This document shows positions 1 through 11,188 of a stretch of DNA of 64,000 bases, in pieces. Under the pieces are notes generated by a model that did not search any database, was not told the origin of the DNA, and saw nothing but the letters and a program-made list of their open reading frames with translations. The first letter of the stretch is position 1. Every line of letters starts with the position of its first letter. Origin of the DNA: Heteronotia binoei (Eukaryota); assembly GCF_032191835.1 (NCBI RefSeq), contig NC_083223.1, positions 54,746,001-54,810,000 of the forward strand. Reading direction: 5' to 3'. Both the position numbers and the translations under genes were made by a program.

Positions 1-90
1 CATTACATTTTATAGCATACATTGGCTGACCCGACAAAGTGACATTTAAGTCAGATCCAGCCCTTGTAACAAATGAGTTTGACACCTCTG
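1..90 (+). mobile_element. Right end of a hAT-like non-autonomous DNA transposon (same family as 5166-5809), cut by the window start
   Basis: Ends ...AAATGAGTTTGACACCTCTG. Positions 26-90 align by eye with 5740-5809 (...ACAAATGAGTTCAACACCCCTG). Confidence 0.65.
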
Positions 91-827
91 AGTTAGAGTG
101 ATGAACTTTGTTCTACCTTACAGAGCAGTTCTGAAAATAAAATGGAGGAAAGGATAATATGGTAAACTGCCCTGAGCTCCTTGGAGGAAATGTACCTAAT
201 AAATAAAATTTAAGAATATGTTAAAGTTCCACTGATAATTTCAGTAGGAGTGTTAATGAACTTAGCACTGGATGCATTATGCTAGAAGATGAAAAACAGA
301 AGCTGTATTCAAAGTCATATGATTTTTTTCCAGGTACACTGTCACAGTGTCTCCACCCACCAGTTATTTTAGAATATTCTTCCTTCTTTTATATTCTTTC
401 ACTTTCCTTGAACAGAACTCAATGATTTCCAAGAAGACATAAATAGGCATTAATTTCTAACTTGTCTTTAATTCTTTCTCAATAGTTAAAGCGTTATTTG
501 TCCTGACAACAATACAAATGGATAGGACATGGATTCCTTTGTGGAATTGGATCATTTGTAACTAAAAAAAGCATAAAAGACTACAAAAGTCAAAAGGTTC
601 CTACTTTGAACTGTGTATTTATCGACTGAATCCTTTCTTTGTAAGAAAATTGTTTTTGCTTGGAGCTGGGAATGTGGCATCAGGAGCAGTTTAGAAGACA
701 TTCACAGCCTGTTCAAAATAAATGGAAGAGATGGTTTGAATTAAGGCACATTCCATGGGGAAGAGGGGAAAGAGAGCTTTGCTCCTTTAGCTGATACCAG
801 TTAAATACTTTTGTTATCTTGATTTTC

Positions 828-1043
828 GGGGGGGGGGGGGGGTGGGCTCCCTCTGGGAATCCTACCCCCCCAGGGAAAGTGCATGCGCAATACATAGCCT
901 CTCCTCTCCCGGTGTAGTGAACGCCGCGTGGTCACTGTCTGGCTATGCCTGGCAGATGGTCACTGCAATGGCCTCTCCTGCATTACTGCATCCGTAGCAA
1001 CACCTTCTCGCTGGTCCCCCCCGTTTTCACAGAGTTTGCTACG
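828..1043 (+). ncRNA. Predicted HDV-like (CPEB3-type, 1-bp P1.1) self-cleaving ribozyme at the RTE 5' end
   Basis: P1: G7 from the 828-842 G-run with C7 at 1016-1022. P2: CGTAGCAA 993-1000 with TTGCTACG 1036-1043. P3: ACC 1002-1004 with GGT 1013-1015. L3: TTCTCGCT. G1023 can pair with C1007 (P1.1). J4/2: CAGA 1030-1033. Manual fold only. Confidence 0.75.
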
Positions 1044-1598
1044 TCATGGTGCGACCGAATTGTCCGGCGGTATAACCGGATGGGCAGGCTGGGCCCACCA
1101 ACTTCGTCAGCCTAAGAGAAGGAAAACTCTAACATCAACTCTAACATCAAACCCGGGCAGATACAGCTCGTTAATGTAACACCTACCACCTGGAGGACTC
1201 ACTGCCGGCGTCCCGGCTTACTGGGCCATGGCAGATGACCCCCAGGTGAAAGGGTGGAGCCAGTACCGCGCACACTGCGCTTCACCTAAAAAATTCCTCT
1301 GCGCAGGCCTGAAGGGCATATCCACACACACAACCCACAACGCATCAAGTCCTGCAGCGATAGGCAAGGGGTGAAACGGCAGGTGGAAGGTGCCACTGGA
1401 AGCCGCAGTCCCGATCCTGCATGTAGGCGGTTCAGGATATTGGTCGCCTGATGCTAACCCGGAGACGAAAGCATCTTTCGGCAGCACCCTGAACGACCAA
1501 GCAGCCTTATCTAGGGACAGCACTGCTTGCTCCACACGGAGAGGGGCCTAGAAAAGGTGGCCTAAACAAAGCTCGTCTCCCCCACCCCAGTTGGCTAG

Positions 1599-4500
1599 CC
1601 GCGGTCAACGGGCATCCTTACTTGCGGTCGAAAAATAACAACAAAGAAAAGGCATGCACCTGCCTCACAAAGTGTGCAAAGACTAAAGCTTGCGTGTTGG
1701 AACATCAGAACCATGCTTGACACAGTAGGCAGTGGTCGCCCTGAACGACGCTCTGCTCTAGTTGCCCACGAACTTCTCAGGTTGAATATCGACATAGCAG
1801 CTCTCAGTGAGGTCCGTTTCCCTGAGGAAGGTAGTCTTCAAGAACACGGTGCTGGCTATACCCTCTACTGGTCGGGTAAGTCAAAGGCTGAGAGCCGCCT
1901 TTCTGGCGTTGGCTTCATGGTCAGGAACTCCATTGCCTCCAAACTCGAAAACCTTCCAACAGGTCACTCAGATCGCATCATGTCCATGCGCCTCCCACTT
2001 CAAAACAAGCAGCATGCAACACTCTTCAGTGTGTATGCCCCAACCCTTCAAGCAGATCCTGCAGAAAAGAACAAGTTCTATGCTGATCTACGCAACCTCG
2101 TACGGAAGACCCCTACAGAGGACAAGGTGATCATCCTTGGCGACTTCAATGCCAGAGTAGGTAAAGACTCGGAAGCCTGGAAAGGAGTACTTGGCAAACA
2201 CGGCATTGGCAACTGCAATGACAACGGGCGCCTCCTGCTAGAATTCTGCATGGAGCACCAGCTCACCATCACCAACACTATCTTCCAGCAGAAGAACAGT
2301 CTGAAGACAACCTGGATGCACCCACGGTCCAAGCATTGGCACCTTATCGACTACATTCTGGTGCGCCAGAGAGACCTTCGAGATGTCTTACACACCCGAG
2401 TAATGCCCAGCGCAGAATGTCATACGGATCATCGTCTTGTACGCTGCAATCTCCGTCTTCACTTTAAACCCACACCCAGGAGAGGAGGTATCCCTCGGAG
2501 GAAGTTTCAGGTTGGCAGCCTCCAGTCAGCCGAAGTTAAAGCTGCCTTCCAGGCAAAACTCCAGTCAAGAATTGAGGACCTCAGTTGCCCCACAGACCCT
2601 TCTCCAGAAGCACTCTGGGAACACCTAAAAACTACCGTCCTGCAGATCTCTGAAGAAGTCCTCGGGTTCTCCACAAGGAAGAACAAGGACTGGTTTGATG
2701 AGAACAATCAAGAGATCCAAGAATTACTGGCAAAAAAGACATCTGCCTACCAAGCACATCTTGCTCAGCCCTCCTGTCCTGGGAAAAAAGCAACCTTTCG
2801 CGCTGCATGTAGCAACCTCCAGCGCAAGCTTCGAGACATTCAGAACGAGTGGTGGACCAAGCTTGCAGAGAGAACCCAGCTGTGTGCAGACACTGGTGAT
2901 TTAAGAGGGTTCTACGAAGCCCTGAAGGCAGTATATGGTCCATCATATCAGGCTCAGAGTCCCTTGCATAGTGCAGACGGCCAAGTGCTCCTCACAGACA
3001 AGGCGTCCATACTGAACCGGTGGTCGGAGTATTTTCAGGTTCTCTTCAGTGCCAACCGCGTAGTTCAAGATTCAGCAATCCACCTCACCCCACTTCAACC
3101 GGTGAAAACAGAGTTGGATGAGATCCCCACCCTAGAAGAGACTGTTAAAGCCATCAAGCAACTGAAAAGTGGCAAGGCAGCAGGAGTTGATGGAATTCCA
3201 CCAGAGATCTGGAAGCATGGGGGCACAGTACTACATAGCTCACTTCACAAAGTACTTGTCACCTGCTGGGAACAAGGCAAATTACCACAGGACTTTCGCG
3301 ATGCAATCATCATCACCCTATACAAGAACAAAGGGGAAAAGTCAGACTGCTCCAACTACCGGGGGATAACCCTGCTCTCCATCGCAGGCAAAATCCTTGC
3401 CAGAATACTCCTGAACAGACTGGTGCCCACCATTGCAGAAGAACTCCTCCCAGAGAGCCAGTGCGGCTTCAGAGCTAACAGGAGCACCACCGACATGGTA
3501 TTTGTTCTCAGGCAGCTCCAAGAGAAATGCAGGGAACAGAACAAGGCTCTGTATGTGACTTTTGTCGACCTTACCAAAGCTTTCGATACCGTTAGCAGGA
3601 AAGGCCTGTGGCAAATCTTGGAACGTTTAGGATGTCCCCCAAGGTTCCTCAGCATGATCATCCAGCTACACGAAGACCAGCGAGGCCAAGTCAGACACTG
3701 CAACGACCTCTCGGAGCCCTTCCCAATAGGCACAGGTGTAAAGCAAGGCTGCGTTCTCGCGCCAACTCTCTTTACGATCTTCTTTAGCATGATGCTTCAA
3801 AGAGCCGCAGTAGATCTAGATGAGGACGATGGTGTCTACATCCGCTATCGCACCGATGGCAGCCTGTTCAACCTGAGGCGACTAAAGGCACACTCCAAGA
3901 CAATGGAAAAACTCATCCGAGAGCTACTGTTTGCTGATGATGCGGCACTCGTCTCCCACTCGGTATCAGCTCTGCAGCATATGACGTCCTGCTTTGCAGA
4001 GGCTGCCAAGCTATTCGGCCTAGAAGTTAGTCTGAAGAAGACAGAAGTTCTCCACCAGCCTGCACCCCAGGAAGATTATCACCCTCCCTGCATCACTGTG
4101 GGTGAATCAGTTCTGAAGACAGTCCAGCAGTTCAGCTACCTGGGGTGCATCATCTCCTCAGATGCCAAGATCGACAAGGAGATTGACAACAGGCTGGCAA
4201 AGGCAAACCGTGCATTTGGCCGACTGCACAAAAGAGTGTGGAGCAACAAGCATCTGAAAAAAGGCACAAAGATCAATGTTTACAAAGCGGTTGTGATGAC
4301 AACCCTCATCTATGGCTCCGAATCGTGGGTTTTATACCGTCATCACCTGCGACTCCTTGAGCGCTTTCATCAGCGCTGCCTTCGCACCATCCTCAACATC
4401 CACTGGAGTGACTTTGTGACCAACACTGAAGTCCTCAAGCGGGCGGAGGTTACAAGCATCGAGGCACTGCTGTTGAAGACACAGCTGCGCTGGGCGGGGC

Positions 4501-4898
4501 ATATTTCTAGGATGGAAAACCACCGCCTTCCCAAGATTGCCCTGTATGGCGAACTCTCCACCGGCCATCGAAATAGAGGGGCACCAAAGAAGAGGTACAA
4601 GGACTCCTTGAAGAAATCCCTTAGCACCTGTCACATCAACCATCACCAGTGGTCTGACCTAGCCTCAGATCGCAAAGCATGGAGGCACACCATCCACCAG
4701 GCTGTCTCTTCCTTTGAGAACACACGCATAGCTGGTCTTGAGGACAAAAGGAGATTGAGGAAGAATCGCACTGCTACAGGACCAACCCTAAATCAGACTT
4801 TTCCCTGCAGCCGCTGTGGCCGGACCTGCCTGTCCCACATTGGTCTTGTCAGCCACCAGCGAGCCTGCAGCAAACGTGGACTATTGCACCCTTCTTAA
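1599..4898 (+). CDS. RTE polyprotein: AP endonuclease + reverse transcriptase + C-terminal C2HC zinc finger (open from 1599 after TAG 1596; ORF track starts at GTG 1674)
   Basis: EN motifs WNIRT, SEVR, VYAPT, GDFNARVG, IDYILV, TDHRLV. RT motifs FVDLTKAFD, GVKQGCVLAP, LFADD, YLG. C-terminal CSRC-x12-H-x3-C. No internal stops. Confidence 0.95.
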   Translation, partial: PRSTGILTCGRKITTKKRHAPASQSVQRLKLACWNIRTMLDTVGSGRPERRSALVAHELLRLNIDIAALSEVRFPEEGSLQEHGAGYTLYWSGKSKAESRLSGVGFMVRNSIASKLENLPTGHSDRIMSMRLPLQNKQHATLFSVYAPTLQADPAEKNKFYADLRNLVRKTPTEDKVIILGDFNARVGKDSEAWKGVLGKHGIGNCNDNGRLLLEFCMEHQLTITNTIFQQKNSLKTTWMHPRSKHWHLIDYILVRQRDLRDVLHTRVMPSAECHTDHRLVRCNLRLHFKPTPRRGGIPRRKFQVGSLQSAEVKAAFQAKLQSRIEDLSCPTDPSPEALWEHLKTTVLQISEEVLGFSTRKNKDWFDENNQEIQELLAKKTSAYQAHLAQPSCPGKKATFRAACSNLQRKLRDIQNEWWTKLAERTQLCADTGDLRGFYEALKAVYGPSYQAQSPLHSADGQVLLTDKASILNRWSEYFQVLFSANRVVQDSAIHLTPLQPVKTELDEIPTLEETVKAIKQLKSGKAAGVDGIPPEIWKHGGTVLHSSLHKVLVTCWEQGKLPQDFRDAIIITLYKNKGEKSDCSNYRGITLLSIAGKILARILLNRLVPTIAEELLPESQCGFRANRSTTDMVFVLRQLQEKCREQNKALYVTFVDLTKAFDTVSRKGLWQILERLGCPPRFLSMIIQLHEDQRGQVRHCNDLSEPFPIGTGVKQGCVLAPTLFTIFFSMMLQRAAVDLDEDDGVYIRYRTDGSLFNLRRLKAHSKTMEKLIRELLFADDAALVSHSVSALQHMTSCFAEAAKLFGLEVSLKKTEVLHQPAPQEDYHPPCITVGESVLKTVQQFSYLGCIISSDAKIDKEIDNRLAKANRAFGRLHKRVWSNKHLKKGTKINVYKAVVMTTLIYGSESWVLYRHHLRLLERFHQRCLRTILNIHWSDFVTNTEVLKRAEVTSIEALLLKTQLRWAGHISRMENHRLPKIALYGELSTGHRNRGAPKKRYKDSLKKSLSTCHINHHQWSDLASDRKAWRHTIHQAVSSFENTRIAGLEDKRRLRKNRTATGPTLNQTFPCSRCGRTCLSHIGLVSHQRACSKRGLLHPS

Positions 4899-5165
4899 AT
4901 CTTCGTTCGCGAAGCCAAGCCGAGAGATCTTGATTTTCATTGTCCTTGTAAAACTGCAGATAAGCATCAATAGAATTTGTCAAGCTGTGCTATTGGGACT
5001 GCCCCATAAAAGGATGGCTTATAGGTAAGAGATGCCCCTACATATAATGTCAAAAATTTGAATTACAGATTAAGACAAATTTATGTAGTATACATGGTAC
5101 AAAAGGCTTATTTCGTTTGTCAAAAAAGGTGACAAAATTGGGTAACATCCAGCATGCTTGTAGAG

Positions 5166-5809
5166 CAGGGGTGTTAAATGTGTGGTCTGAGGGCTGGATC
5201 AAGCCCCCAGAGGACTCCTATCAGGCCTGCAAGCAACTCACTGTCATCTGCTTCCTTCTCTCTCTCTTGCTTCCCTCTGTATCACTGCTTGCTTTTTCAG
5301 GAGCTACAGAGCAAAGCCTCTGTTTTCTCCATTGGCTAGCCAGCACAGGAAGCAACTTATGTACAAAAGCTCATAATGCCCAGTCATTTCATGTTTTCCC
5401 TTGGGTCCTAGGCTCAAAGCATTGACCATGAGATTTTTGTAATGAATGTCCATAAATCAAAGTAGGTTTGCAACTTACAGATATATACCTGAACAACACC
5501 TGAACAGCATACTCCACATTGTTACCGCACATACATTGTTTCTAGATTTTGATGCAATAATTCAGAGCAAAAGGTGTCAGTTATCAGAAGCCGTTAAATG
5601 AACAAAACACTGGAAGAATGCTAATCTTTTAAGCATGTTTTATTTTAAACTTTTTTTCAAAACAAAAATTAATTGTGTAGGTCTGTGTCCTTTAAAAAGT
5701 TTATATCTTCATTACTTGGCATTATGTTTTATGATGCACACAGCCCAACCTGACAAAGTCTCATTTATATCAGATCCATCCCTCATAACAAATGAGTTCA
5801 ACACCCCTG
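5166..5809. mobile_element. hAT-like MITE
   Basis: Terminal inverted repeats CAGGGGTGTTAAA / TTCAACACCCCTG. No convincing 8-bp TSD and no coding capacity. Confidence 0.7.
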
Positions 5810-6399
5810 TAGAAGGTCTTCATTTAAGTCTCAACTCTAGCCCATGGATGCATGTTTATGCAGTACTGTAGAGAATGGGAGGTTCACAACAACTCTCCTG
5901 CACGCTTTCATTCCTCTATTGCCATGAAAGTCCCTCATGCTCCAAGAGAATGTAACTTATATATGGTGCACAGATGAAACAATTTGCATAGCGACTGGGA
6001 AAGCATGCGTGGACTTCCCATTCCTTGTAATGCTGGTGGTGCATTTGTTAGGAATGGAAAATAGAGCTTCATCAAGCTGTACTCATTGAGGCTATTGTCA
6101 GTTGGATGGCCATTTAAATCTCAACTATAAAACAGTGGGAAAAAATTGAGAAATGTTGGGATGGAAAAATAATGTGCAGGAAAGAGAAGGTATCTCAGAG
6201 AAAGGAAGGCTGCATCCAGTGTCACAACTCCAAACACACACACACAGTTTGTGACATGAACATACCTGAAATCCTTGGGCTCCCACACCCCTTTACTGTC
6301 TCTGTCATGTATGTACAGAGCTTAGACTGAAAACTTATTCGTTTAGGAAATCTCTGATCTGACCACAAGTTGTTGTAACATCCAAACTTGGCCACTGTC

Positions 6400-6803
6400 T
6401 CAAAGTGGAACTTATTTCTGTCCCATACAGCAGAATTCTAAACCAGGATGGGGTGCCCAGGAAGGATCTTGCAGGGGAGCAGACATTCAGAGCACTAACT
6501 ACCTGGAACTATCTTCCCAGGAAAATTTATCTGTTCCCTTCTGTTGCTGTGTTCCACCAGTGGATGAACACTTTTTGTTTCCTTTGACATTCTTTCAACG
6601 ACCCCTCCTTCCTAATCAATGCTTTAAAGAGGGTTTTGTATGTATTTGAACTTTGTTTTTTTAACTTTTAAAAAATTGTACTGATGCATAGTTGTGAGGG
6701 TGTTGATTTTAATGATTTTATAATGTAATTTTATTTGTATGTCTTAAATTGTGAGCTGCCTTGGCAGTCCTTTCAAGGGCAGGTATAAATTTTGTAAATA
6801 AAT
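6400..6803 (+). mobile_element. Degenerate L2 LINE 3' fragment
   Basis: Translation FRALTTWNYLPRKI...FHQWMNTFCF resembles the L2 ORF2 C-terminus. Tail GTGAGCTGCC...GGGCAGGTATAAAT...TAAATAAAT. Confidence 0.55.
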
Positions 6804-6824
6804 GAATGCTCTGTTTCATATTGA

Positions 6825-7120
6825 TAGTTTATGATGTAATGATTTTATTCTTTTCACTTGTAAACTGCCTTGAGTAACACTCTGGGGAGGTACATGTGTA
6901 TTCTCCTTTCTCCTGCAGGTCCTTGGGGTTCTTGCTGTGGCATGGAGAAGACAAGCATGTATGACACACTGCTTCTTACAGCCATAGCCAAGCCAGGTGA
7001 TTGGGGAAGGGCATGGAGCAAAGAGCGCACAGTGTATGCTTTCCATCCCAAGCCATCTCTAGCCATGATTCCGCTAAGATGCTACAATGCAATGTTTTTA
7101 GTTGTGACGTCTGTACAAGC
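6825..7120 (-). other. Candidate terminal exon of an unidentified minus-strand transcript
   Basis: Acceptor TTTCTATTTCAG|G at 7121/7120 and AATAAA on the minus strand at 6844-6849. No recognisable protein. Confidence 0.25.
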
Positions 7121-8590
7121 CTGAAATAGAAATTGATCTTCTGCTGTGCATAGCGAAGGACCCCTGTACTAAGGAATACTCCATGTATAATTGAGTTGAG
7201 CATGGTGATGTGTCATCTGGGGAGATCTGAAGAGTGTTTTGGGGTGCATTGTGGCCCAAGTGTCCGGCTGTGTGATTGTCCTAGGTGCATCCTGCTTTGG
7301 AGCAACTGGCACAAAAACTGCACTTTGGACCAGGAGACAGCATGTACGCTCTCAAAGGGAAGAGTCCTGTGAACTAGGGGGTTATATGATGTGTGGTGGT
7401 CCAGACCTTATTTTGGGGTTCAGAGCTTTCAAAATCTCAGTGTTTTTTGCTGAATTCATGAAAAAGTTGCGCATAAGAAACAAAGAACTGCAAACCAACT
7501 TTAGCCTCGTGCAGAGAGCAGAGATGGGGAATCACACACATCGGGTCAGGATTTTGTGTGTTTTATCTGCTAAAACCTCCAGTTTTTTAAGTAACTGAAA
7601 ACTCTGTCTTTCTTGGCATGGGGCTGTGGGATAATCTTTGTCTGGAAGAGAAAGTATGCTTTGTGTTCTAATATGAAAGGGAACGGCACTTTTTGCCTTG
7701 GTGTCATTGTTACCAACAAAACTGATATTTTTGCTTTTATTTTGGGGGAGGTCAGGACAACATTTGGGTGTTGTTACTACATTACATTTTTCTCTGTTCT
7801 CTTGCTTAGCATGTGAAAAGCTCCTGAACTGCTCTCTCCCCTTCTCTCAAACAGTGGGAGGCCAGTAAGTTTTTGAGATGTAGTTTACCCAGATGGAATA
7901 CCCTGTGCCTTCCAGAAATTAGCATTACTGAAGGATTCAAGTATCTTGTTATTCTGGAGCACAGCTATGCAAATGAGCAGGGTTTGTTCTTTTCCAGCAT
8001 AATGTTGTGCTACTTTTGAGCAGTACTATGTATGCACACACAAATACAAAAAGTAGGCAGAGAATCATGATGGTGTTGCACAAAAGCAGTGAGGGCAATG
8101 CAATCTAGGTCTAGGGTAACCAGAGCTAATAAGAGTGAAAAACCAGATTACCCCACATTGTATGGAATCTCTGTTGCAAGTCTAAATTGAGCAATAATCT
8201 CACTGGCAATGTGACTGCCATGGGAATTAAAAAAAACCCCTCTTGTGGAATCAACCCTGTATTATAAAGACAGGATGCATAGTCCACAGAGCTCTCTACT
8301 TTCTGAATCCATTTAAAGCATTTGTAATTATCCAACGGTGCTAAGTGAGTTACAACTTTGTCATTATGTACATCTAACAGATACAGGAAAATATGAATGT
8401 GTCAACCTTTAAAAGGATTTTAGAGTGCTTGTAGACACCATATCATAAAAGAGAATTAAGCAAAATCTATATGAATAATTAAAACCTACCTATCTGTTCC
8501 CTAATCAATAGTCAATATGACATGCTTGTGTAAATTTAATACATCTACAGATGTTCTCTACACATGGGATGGGGTCATGGCATTTTAATT

Positions 8591-8750
8591 GTGGGGGAGG
8601 AAGGTAAAGGAGATTGTGAGCCACTCTGAGATTATTTATTTATTTTATGACTTCTATCCCGCCCTTCCCAACAAGTGGCTCAGGGCGGCTTACAACCTCC
8701 TCTTCGGAGTGGAGGGCGGGATATAAATCCAATATCATCTTCTATCTTCT
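8591..8750 (+). mobile_element. SINE 3' portion interrupted by an inverted L2-type tail (about 8632-8696)
   Basis: GGAGATTGTGAGCCACTCTGAG|...|CTCCTCTTCGGAGTGGAGGGCGGGATATAAATCC is split by ATTATTTATTT...GGCTCAGGGCGGCTTACAAC. Confidence 0.55.
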
Positions 8751-10589
8751 AAATTGAAATTTAACCCCAACAAAACAGAAGCACTACTGGTGATGGAAAG
8801 ATTGACCCAGGAAATGATGTGTATCCAGTTCTGGATGGGGTTGCTCCTTCAGTCTCCTGCTTCTCCTTCCCCTCCCACCACCCTCAAGAAGCCCTGACTT
8901 GATGCCCTGATTTTGTCACTTTGGCTGCTTGGGGAGCCCTGGCTGAGAGGGAGGCCCCTGCCAGGAAGCAAGTGGGGGAACCAGCCAAGAGAGTGAAGTT
9001 GTGTTTACTTGGCCCTAAGCTCTGGGACGAAGAAGCCAGTGAAATTTGCTTTGGAGGTGGGTGGCTGCAATGGGTATAAGAAGAAAAGAAGGAAGCACGT
9101 TCACTCCTTCAATATTCCACATTAATGGACACCTGCTGCAGGGCCGCCGCAGCCTATCAGTTGTTGGGGGCAGGCTGGGCAGTGAGCTGCCCCCACCATT
9201 GTGCTGGACAGGCTCTCTGGGCACACTCCCCTCCCTTTCATCAGAACAAGCAGGGCACTGCTCAGTGCAAGACCCAGGAGGCAAGGGACCTCCCCTCCTG
9301 GGTTGTGTGTGTAATGTGAACCTTTTGTGAGCATTGCTTGCTCTCTTATCTTTTGATTGCAACCTCTCTTTCTATCTGATGGATCCTCCCCTTCCCTTTG
9401 TTTATCTGCACCCAGAAACTTCCAGTTGCTCTCCTCTGCCTGCCTTTTGCTGGTTCTTCACTTTGAAATAAACCCTCCTAAGAGCTTTCTCCCATTCCTA
9501 AGTGAGCCTTTCCCCCCCTAAGACAATGTAGTGGCATTATATTATTATGCATATGGATTAAAAAACAAACAAACAAGCAGGTCAATTAATGACAAAAGCG
9601 CATGATGGGAAGCCTCCCTTTTGAAGTAACTGGAACCTGTGGGGTGAGCCCAATATGAGGGAAAAGACCTATTGCTGAAGGAGTGCTGCAAAGTCAAAGC
9701 ATCAGATGGGAATTCAACTCACCAGTAAAGAGGGAAGACTATACTGTAGAAATGGTCATGTTTAGTGTGGATATTGGCCAAACTGACAGAGCAGGGCTAG
9801 CCAGACAAATTATTATTTTGCCCTCCAGTGTGTGTAGCAAAGAATGTCTACAGAGAGCTAAATGTATAAGGCTTTATGTATTTTAGAAATAGGCTTTTAA
9901 ATAGGCAGTGGAAGAAAGTAGATTTGTAAAGGGATATCCATCAGCTAACATATAGTTAATCCTCAGTGAATAGCTACTCCTCAGTGAAACTATAACATGA
10001 ATAAGGCATGCCTTGGGCAAAATAATGAGTTCAGTTCAAATGTCCCATTCTTATTTAACTAATATGTCATAGGGATTATTGCAGCAGAAGTAGCTTGGTA
10101 ATAAATAGGAACGCAACCTTGGAACAATATAAACCAAGCAGTAGCTTAAATTTTAAATTCAGCGGGTAACGTTACCTAGGGTGTCTTTAATCTCCATTTG
10201 AATGAGAAATTCTTGTTTCATTTTTGAACTGGAAACATAGGAGAAGAAAAAGGGGGGGGGAGCAGGACATGGAATGAGCTTCCCAGCTTAAGTATTTGAG
10301 AAGTCAGCAGGGCTGTCAACCAGCTTAAGGAAAAAGTGACAGGAGCTTCCTTACTGATTTCAAATAACTGTGGATCAGAACCAGGGCTGGTGCTAGGGGA
10401 TCTGCCACCCAAGGCAAGAACCCCCTGCCCTGCCCCCCCCCCCCCCGCCAGCATGGTGCATCCTTCCTCCCCTCCACACCCGCACACAAAGAAGCCACAG
10501 CAGTGATGTGTGCTCCTCTCTGGCTTGGAGCGGCACACACATCGCCGCCTCTTTTGCCTGCCCAGGTCTGTGCTGAGTAGTAAGGTGGC

Positions 10590-10748
10590 CAGCTTACATC
10601 ATTCTCCTCTTGATCTCACAACAACCCTGTGTGGTAGGTTAGGCTGAAAGTCTGCAGCTGCTCCCAAATCACCCAGTCAGCTTCCACAGCAGGAACCTGG
10701 GTCTGGCAGATCATGCTCTGAAGTGCTAACTGCTACACCACACTGACT
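10590..10748 (-). mobile_element. tRNA-head SINE, degenerate
   Basis: The reverse strand has a box-A-like CAGTGTGGTGTAGCAGTTAG. Similar to 32600-32727 and 33637-33822. Confidence 0.55.
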
Positions 10749-10832
10749 GTCATAGGGGGGCTGCTGCTGAACATGAGAAAGCAGCCAGGCCAGTCAGGTG
10801 GCATCAGGTCACCCAGAAAGTGCTGCCAGGCC

Positions 10833-11030
10833 TAGGGCAGGCAACCTCCAGGTGGAGCCTAATGATGTCCTGACAACAGGCAACAGATTCTGGAGAAAAT
10901 TCTGGAGAAAATAACTGCTTTAGTGGGTAGACTTTATGGCATTATATTCAGCTGAGGCCTCTTCCTGCCCCAAAGTCTGGCTTCCTTTGATTCCACCACA
11001 AAATTTTCCAACCTGGAGCTGGCAACCCTA
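10833..11030. mobile_element. MITE with TAGGGTTGCCA-type ends (hAT/Blackjack-like)
   Basis: TAGGGCAGGCAACC...CTGGCAACCCTA. Homologous copies at 32244-32428 and 32821-33007. Confidence 0.6.
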
Positions 11031-11188
11031 GCCAGGATTGGCAACAATGAGCTCTTTCTCAAGGGCCAAAATATGCCTGGAAAGGGTTCCTCTTGTGCCT
11101 TTTACTGACAGAACCAAGCTTGGAATACTATGGTTGCCTAGCAACAGCCACTGAGGGAAAATGGAAGGCATAAGAACATAAGAGAAGC

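Larger units (their letters stand above)
828..4926 (+). mobile_element. Full-length RTE-clade non-LTR retrotransposon
   Basis: 12-bp TSD ATCTTGATTTTC at 816-827 and 4927-4938. Long CpG-rich 5' UTR, a single EN-RT ORF, and a short 3' end (TTCGTTCGCGAAGCCAAGCCGAGAG). Confidence 0.95.

Noticed and set aside
1445-1475. CTGATG...GAAA in the RTE 5' UTR as a hammerhead
   Set aside because: It lacks CUGANGA. The segment is better explained as a simple GATGCT/AGCATC hairpin.
1807-4646. Many antisense and alternate-frame ORFs over the RTE (likewise over the Copia, Ngaro and L1s)
   Set aside because: Shadow ORFs of the real coding frames, with no recognisable motifs.
8820-9525. Possible solo LTR (TGT...ACA, TATAA, AATAAA)
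   Set aside because: No TSD and no second copy in the window.
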